A DNA stretch of 64,000 nucleotides from a virus (taxonomy: Duplodnaviria; Heunggongvirae; Uroviricota; Caudoviricetes): positions 352,001-416,000 of IMG/VR virus record IMGVR_UViG_3300020045_008999. The stretch is one strand, 5' to 3'. Made by a program: the position numbers and the translations under genes. The notes under the pieces were generated by a model. It was not told the origin of the DNA and searched no databases. It saw only the letters and a list, made by a program, of their open reading frames with translations. Below, one piece after another: positions 59,350-64,000 of the stretch (the stretch's first letter is position 1; each line of letters begins with the position of its first letter).

Positions 59350-59711
59350 GGGGGTGCCTGGTTTTGATTCTCTTTGTGCTTATATGATGCAAGTAACGGT
59401 AGTATTACCCGTTTAATAAATAGATATAAAACGCTTTAAATGGCAAAACAAATGAATTAGGGACTAGTGAAGATTTAGTAGCTGCCCTTGCAAACATCCT
59501 ACCTGTTAAAGAGGTTGCTTTCGCTTAATCGCAAAACGCATAAAAGATTAACAAAAAGTCCGTACGACTTAAAAGTGCCGATGCTAGGTTTCTAATTCGT
59601 ATCGTTAAGAAGTATTAGATATTCACCACTATAGAAATTGTGGTTATAAACTTGTGAACGAATTGTGTTTGTATGAATTGTAAGACGGGGGTTCGATTCC
59701 CCCCACTTCCA
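59350..59711 (+). ncRNA. ssrA: tmRNA (transfer-messenger RNA)
   Basis: 5' GGGGGTG pairs with 3' CACTTCC-A (G3:U wobble); T-arm GGGGG-TTCGATT-CCCCC; tag frame 59442-59528 GKTNELGTSEDLVAALANILPVKEVAFA*. Confidence 0.9.
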
Positions 59712-59712
59712 C

Positions 59713-59747
59713 AAAAAAGATGATCTAAAAATAGATCATCTTTTTTT
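59713..59747 (+). terminator. Intrinsic terminator after tmRNA
   Basis: aaaaaagatgatcta-aaaa-tagatcatctttttt. Confidence 0.8.
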
Positions 59748-59799
59748 AATATATAGTATTTTACTAGGATAAATATATAAATAACACTAAATTTACCAA

Positions 59800-60498
59800 A
59801 TGGATATACGCGATACTTTCTTAAAATTGACCTCGAAAACTTACCCACACGGTACCGAGCACGAATTACTTTCATTATTAGAAATTGAACTTCAAGAAGA
59901 TTCATATGGTAATTATTTTATAGAAGTAGGCGATTCTGCGACTTTATTCACTAGTCATTTAGATACGGTTACCGATATCCAAGAAGAGGTAACACACGTG
60001 TTTGACGATGATTTTATAAAGACTGATGGTAGTACCATACTAGGGGCAGATGATAAGGCAGGGGTCGTTGCAATGCTATACATGATACGCAATAATGTAC
60101 CAGGGTTATACTACTTCTTCATAGGTGAAGAAAGTGGCGCATTGGGATCTAGCGCAGTATGTGGTGATTATAAATTTAGAAAAATGAAACGGGTCGTATC
60201 GTTGGATCGGCGAGGAATTAGTTCCATAATAACTCACCAACAAATGATCCCATGTTGTTCTATTGACTTTGCATTAGATCTGTCTAATGAATTTGTAAAA
60301 AATGAGCTACCATTATATTTAGATAACAGTGGATATTTTTCAGACTCTTTTGCGTTTAATGATATTGTTAAAAATTGTACAAACATATCGGTTGGATATT
60401 ATAATGAACATACAACAGATGAGTGTTTGAATATTAAATATTTAGAAAAACTTTGTGAAGTTTTGTGTAAAATAAATTGGGAAAAATTAACCGAATAA
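59800..60498 (+). CDS. M20/M28 family zinc peptidase
   Basis: SHLDTV, LGADDKAG, GEESG, LDRRG, GYYNEHT. Confidence 0.9.
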   Translation: MDIRDTFLKLTSKTYPHGTEHELLSLLEIELQEDSYGNYFIEVGDSATLFTSHLDTVTDIQEEVTHVFDDDFIKTDGSTILGADDKAGVVAMLYMIRNNVPGLYYFFIGEESGALGSSAVCGDYKFRKMKRVVSLDRRGISSIITHQQMIPCCSIDFALDLSNEFVKNELPLYLDNSGYFSDSFAFNDIVKNCTNISVGYYNEHTTDECLNIKYLEKLCEVLCKINWEKLTE

Positions 60499-60499
60499 T

Positions 60500-60829
60500 A
60501 TGTTTCGAAAAATTTTCATTTTTTTAGGTATTTTAAAATCTAAGCATAAAGTCCCTTTAGTAGATGTTGATCCACTATCTAATGATTGTATAATATCGGT
60601 TGATGTGTTCAATAATTGGTTTAATGATCCATTGAATAATGCGGTATATGCTCATTCCGGTATATTTATGAGATTAGATAAATTATCATTTTCGCATGTG
60701 GAAGATTATTTGGATAAGAAGCATGATATAAATCGCCAGCACCCATTATATGCGGATCCGCTTTTTTATTTATTATTGTGTGATTTCCATGAAGATATAC
60801 GAAAGGATTGGATACGAAAAAGCAAGTAG
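60500..60829 (+). CDS. Hypothetical protein
   Basis: 109 aa ORF. Confidence 0.6.
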   Translation: MFRKIFIFLGILKSKHKVPLVDVDPLSNDCIISVDVFNNWFNDPLNNAVYAHSGIFMRLDKLSFSHVEDYLDKKHDINRQHPLYADPLFYLLLCDFHEDIRKDWIRKSK

Positions 60830-61057
60830 TTATTTACTTGCTTTTTTTGGCCTATAATGATCAATTATATCAGCGGCGGTGATTATTTCATCCGGTGCAT
60901 TTTTTATAATAGATTCTGGGATGTTGTGTGTTATTTTATATTTTCTACCAATCAGTTCTGTGATTTCACATACGCAAATCATATCATTGTACCAGTATTC
61001 CAAAATTATTTTATCGCCAACATTATAATAAGATTTGTATTCAAATATATATTTCAT
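60830..61057 (-). CDS. Small SH3/Tudor-like protein with MKYIFEYKSY start
   Basis: YNVGDKIILEYW; TAATATATA 4 nt upstream of ATG. Confidence 0.65.
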   Translation of the reverse strand: MKYIFEYKSYYNVGDKIILEYWYNDMICVCEITELIGRKYKITHNIPESIIKNAPDEIITAADIIDHYRPKKASK

Positions 61058-61084
61058 TCTCTATATATTAAAAATTTCCATTGC

Positions 61085-61831
61085 TTATTTTTTATTTTTT
61101 TCTTCCCATTTGTCAAATTCGTCTTCGATCATCATGATTATTTTGTTTCTAACAATATCTGCAATCGTGAATGACATTGTTCCGATATTAGGCTTATTCT
61201 CAAACATTTTAACCACCGTGTCTAGTGATGACAATGATCGGTCCTTTAGATCTATTTGTTTGGAATCCCCAGTAATTATCATTTTTGAATTTTCACCAAT
61301 TCTAGTTAATGTCGACCTCATGTTTTTCAATGAAATGTTCTGACCCTCATCAACTATTATAATGGAGTTGTCAATGCTACGTCCTCTTATAAAGGCTAGG
61401 GGCAATACTATGATCATGCCCATTTCCATCATTCGTTTAGTATTATCTTCACCAATTATTTTGTGAAAATTATCTAAAAAACTCGCCATGGGCATTTCCA
61501 TCTTGGAGTCTTTGTCACCAGGAACAAACCCAATTCCCTCACCTTCTAATTCAGTCACACTTTTGACCAAAATTATTTTTGTATACCCCACATCTTTTTT
61601 TAATAATTTCAATGCTTGACCACACGCCAAAAAAGTTTTTCCAGTTCCTGCTGGTCCGGCACATATCGTAATGTCATTATCATTAATCATGTTTACAAAC
61701 TTTTTTTGAGATTCATTTTTACATTTTAAATCAAATGTTATTTTTTGAATGTTGAATGTTGGTACGCGTCCGGTTGTAGGCCTGTCTTCATCAACTTTAA
61801 TAAATTCTTTTCTAGTAGTTGGTTTTCGCAT
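61085..61831 (-). CDS. phoH: PhoH-like ATPase
   Basis: GPAGTGKT, IGFVPG, LAFIRGRS, DEGQN, LTRIGENSK, GDSKQID, DIVR. Confidence 0.95.
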   Translation of the reverse strand: MRKPTTRKEFIKVDEDRPTTGRVPTFNIQKITFDLKCKNESQKKFVNMINDNDITICAGPAGTGKTFLACGQALKLLKKDVGYTKIILVKSVTELEGEGIGFVPGDKDSKMEMPMASFLDNFHKIIGEDNTKRMMEMGMIIVLPLAFIRGRSIDNSIIIVDEGQNISLKNMRSTLTRIGENSKMIITGDSKQIDLKDRSLSSLDTVVKMFENKPNIGTMSFTIADIVRNKIIMMIEDEFDKWEEKNKK

Positions 61832-62033
61832 AGAGTTATTATTTTTGTTTTTCTTATATATTATATTTCTCCCACTGGAAGCGACCAGAATGCCATAATA
61901 ATGTTTTTTATTTTCGAGTTCTTAAAAATATACAATATCTACACAACGCGAATTATTGCTGATACAAAGATATATTTTGTTTAAAATCACATTATTCAGT
62001 AATCTACCGGATGATATTTTTTATATATAGGTT

Positions 62034-62270
62034 ATGAAAAATGCGACATTATTACGCGAAAAAGTAGATGATTTAATATATGATTTGATTTTCTCTAAGA
62101 AAGAAGAATATGAAATTATTGTAAGCGACTACATATTAGATATATACACATATGATAAATTTATCATTAATATCAAACGGGTTTTGAAAAAATCCAAAGT
62201 GAAAATAATTAATGAAAAATTAACAACAACACCCACCGAAGTTTTGTGGAAAATTAATATAAAAAAATAA
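62034..62270 (+). CDS. Hypothetical protein
   Basis: 78 aa; TTATATATA 4 nt upstream. Confidence 0.65.
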   Translation: MKNATLLREKVDDLIYDLIFSKKEEYEIIVSDYILDIYTYDKFIINIKRVLKKSKVKIINEKLTTTPTEVLWKINIKK

Positions 62271-64000
62271 TGTGGAATAAGGATAAAGATTCAGGTAAGT
62301 GGTTAAGTGTTAACCAAAGTATTAATAAGGATATTTATGATGGGTACAAACAAGACCAGATAAAAGTTAGAATGTATTCCAAATGTCTTAGTGGTGCTGT
62401 TTATTTTCCGGCAAATGACATTAATAATTTATATACGATGAGCAAGTATCGCAATAAGTATAGTTGGTATTATGGGACCAATTCACCATATGCAATTCAA
62501 CAATTGCCCGCTCGCGAATTATCACTAATTGATCAGGGTACAATCAGTAATTATAAGTCATATACCCGAGATTATGGTATGACCGTTAAAAATTTATTCA
62601 CCCCGGGTAAATTAATTGATAGTAGCTTTTTAAACTTCTATAATGTCGATGTAGCAACTACCGAATACTCTGACATGCTTGCCTCTATGATAATTGACAA
62701 ATTGCAAAATTTAAATTTATACATCGATGGTGTTAGAATAGTTGAAGGACATACCATATTAATAAAAGATTTATACAGTATTGTGGCATTACCAAATTCG
62801 GTGAACCCAGAAACCTTTTTTAAGGGTAATTACTATATGGAAAGTGATTTTAATCCAAGTAGTGTGGATTATAAATATTTCAATGAATATAATGGCATAT
62901 ATAAATATAAAGATGGTTTTTTAGTTAATACTGATATTTTTGCGAATTATGATACCTCATTTAATTTATCCGTAGTTCCTAAAATGGGTGAGGTAAATAT
63001 TGGTAAACAATTCCACTTATCACGACTTCTTAATGGTATATTCCCAATTGAAAATGATCCAATTGAGTTTCAAGAGTCTAAGAATTGGATCATTAGAAAC
63101 ATTCTAGATTATAATAATATTTTCGATGTAGTGTTAAATGATGTAATTAGCACAAACTCGCAGAGTATCCCGAACAATGACATTATATACACAATCGAGC
63201 CTCGGATTATTAGCATAGGTGAATTTGGCACAATAATAAATACAGAACTTGTAAATGGTACGTACCGTTCACATTTAATTCACACAAAGTATCGTGAAAC
63301 CCTTAATTCTATTTATGAAACGAATAGGTATTATTGGACATGTGGGAAAGTTGGTACTTTGATAAAAATTGATAAACTTACATTTGATATAGAAAGTATT
63401 GACCTTGGCATATCGACGGATCTCAACAAAGTACATTTTTATAATGCACTTAATGGTGTGGTGGTAGGCGATTTTGGAACAGTATTCATCACAAATGATG
63501 GTGGTGTGACTTGGTCTGGTATAAAATACGAGCAACTTGACGATTTTATGTTTCTAGATGTGGTTTTCCATAAATTAAATCAAATATTCATCACCGGTGC
63601 TGTTGGAACTTTCGTCGAACTTAATATATCGAATGGGATTTGGAAGCCTTGGGTTAAAAAACTAATAACAACTATAGATTATTATGATGAACATTTATTA
63701 TATGGTGATGTGACTTGTATAAAATATGTCAATTCACCAATTAATATCCACAGCCAAGAATCAAATACTACTTACACAATTTCTGAATATTTTTTAATGG
63801 GGACCAGTGATGGTCAGCTGATCATAAAGACCCTACTGGATGATAGTGAATTTATTTTCTTAAAATTAGAGAACGTAAAAAATATACGCGGATTAGCGGA
63901 TACACAAACACCGGTAAGCCTATTTATAATAACAGACACGGTTATATCTTTAGAATTAACTGATGTTGTATTAACGATTGGTGGAAATTATAGTGCATAT
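62270..64000 (+). CDS. Large tail/baseplate-associated protein with Asp-box/YCF48-like beta-propeller, 3'-truncated (absent from supplied ORF track)
   Basis: ATG 62270 (TAATG overlap), MWNKDKDSGKW...; VDVATT...IDGV..VEGHTILIKD; WTCGKVGTL, VVGDFGTVFITNDGGVTW; no stop seen before window end. Confidence 0.75.
   Translation, partial: MWNKDKDSGKWLSVNQSINKDIYDGYKQDQIKVRMYSKCLSGAVYFPANDINNLYTMSKYRNKYSWYYGTNSPYAIQQLPARELSLIDQGTISNYKSYTRDYGMTVKNLFTPGKLIDSSFLNFYNVDVATTEYSDMLASMIIDKLQNLNLYIDGVRIVEGHTILIKDLYSIVALPNSVNPETFFKGNYYMESDFNPSSVDYKYFNEYNGIYKYKDGFLVNTDIFANYDTSFNLSVVPKMGEVNIGKQFHLSRLLNGIFPIENDPIEFQESKNWIIRNILDYNNIFDVVLNDVISTNSQSIPNNDIIYTIEPRIISIGEFGTIINTELVNGTYRSHLIHTKYRETLNSIYETNRYYWTCGKVGTLIKIDKLTFDIESIDLGISTDLNKVHFYNALNGVVVGDFGTVFITNDGGVTWSGIKYEQLDDFMFLDVVFHKLNQIFITGAVGTFVELNISNGIWKPWVKKLITTIDYYDEHLLYGDVTCIKYVNSPINIHSQESNTTYTISEYFLMGTSDGQLIIKTLLDDSEFIFLKLENVKNIRGLADTQTPVSLFIITDTVISLELTDVVLTIGGNYSAY

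Noticed and set aside
59680-59711. Stand-alone tRNA gene
   Set aside because: The TTCGATTCC arm belongs to the tmRNA 3' end; no anticodon arm; no other tRNA noticed in the window
411-63535. Numerous antisense or overlapping ORFs in the track (e.g. 411..884, 5853..6284, 19922..20407, 30625..31011, 51387..51776, 59615..59905, 63275..63535)
   Set aside because: Shadows of well-supported genes on the opposite strand or frame, without motifs or promoters
1-64000. Eukaryotic giant virus or bacterial chromosome origin
   Set aside because: T4-like sheath, tube, portal, terminase and gp55 plus tmRNA, GreA and intrinsic terminators indicate a tailed bacteriophage; no integrase or host core operons seen

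Overview
AT-rich, gene-dense segment of a large T4-like (myovirus, probably jumbo) phage genome, most likely infecting a Bacteroidota host (TAnnTTTG promoters, A-rich leaders without Shine-Dalgarno, Bacteroidota-style ClpS, DUF6576-like motif and Q-rule signal peptide). Recognisable by motif: tail sheath, tail tube, portal, terminase large subunit, baseplate gp25/gp26/gp51-like, gp15-, gp4- and gp2-like proteins, gp55-like late sigma factor, clamp loader, gp47-like nuclease, DnaQ, DNA methyltransferase, PhoH, GreA, ClpS, YqeY, a putative homing endonuclease and a tmRNA. Main observations: (1) TerL is broken into two ORFs inside its Walker A motif by an atypically split intein whose halves carry extra hydrophobic helices; (2) about a dozen unrelated proteins share an N-terminal peptide resembling the T4 capsid-targeting/protease-cleavage signal; (3) a two-domain glycosyltransferase (peptide-O-GT-like + ABO-type GT6) lies directly behind a giant virion protein with a mucin-like Thr-rich tract, suggesting phage-encoded virion O-glycosylation; (4) three promoter classes are readable in the DNA, including an AAACTT-N16-TATAAT class; (5) the tmRNA encodes an unusually long 28-residue tag. 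All product calls come from motif recognition by eye, not from database searches.
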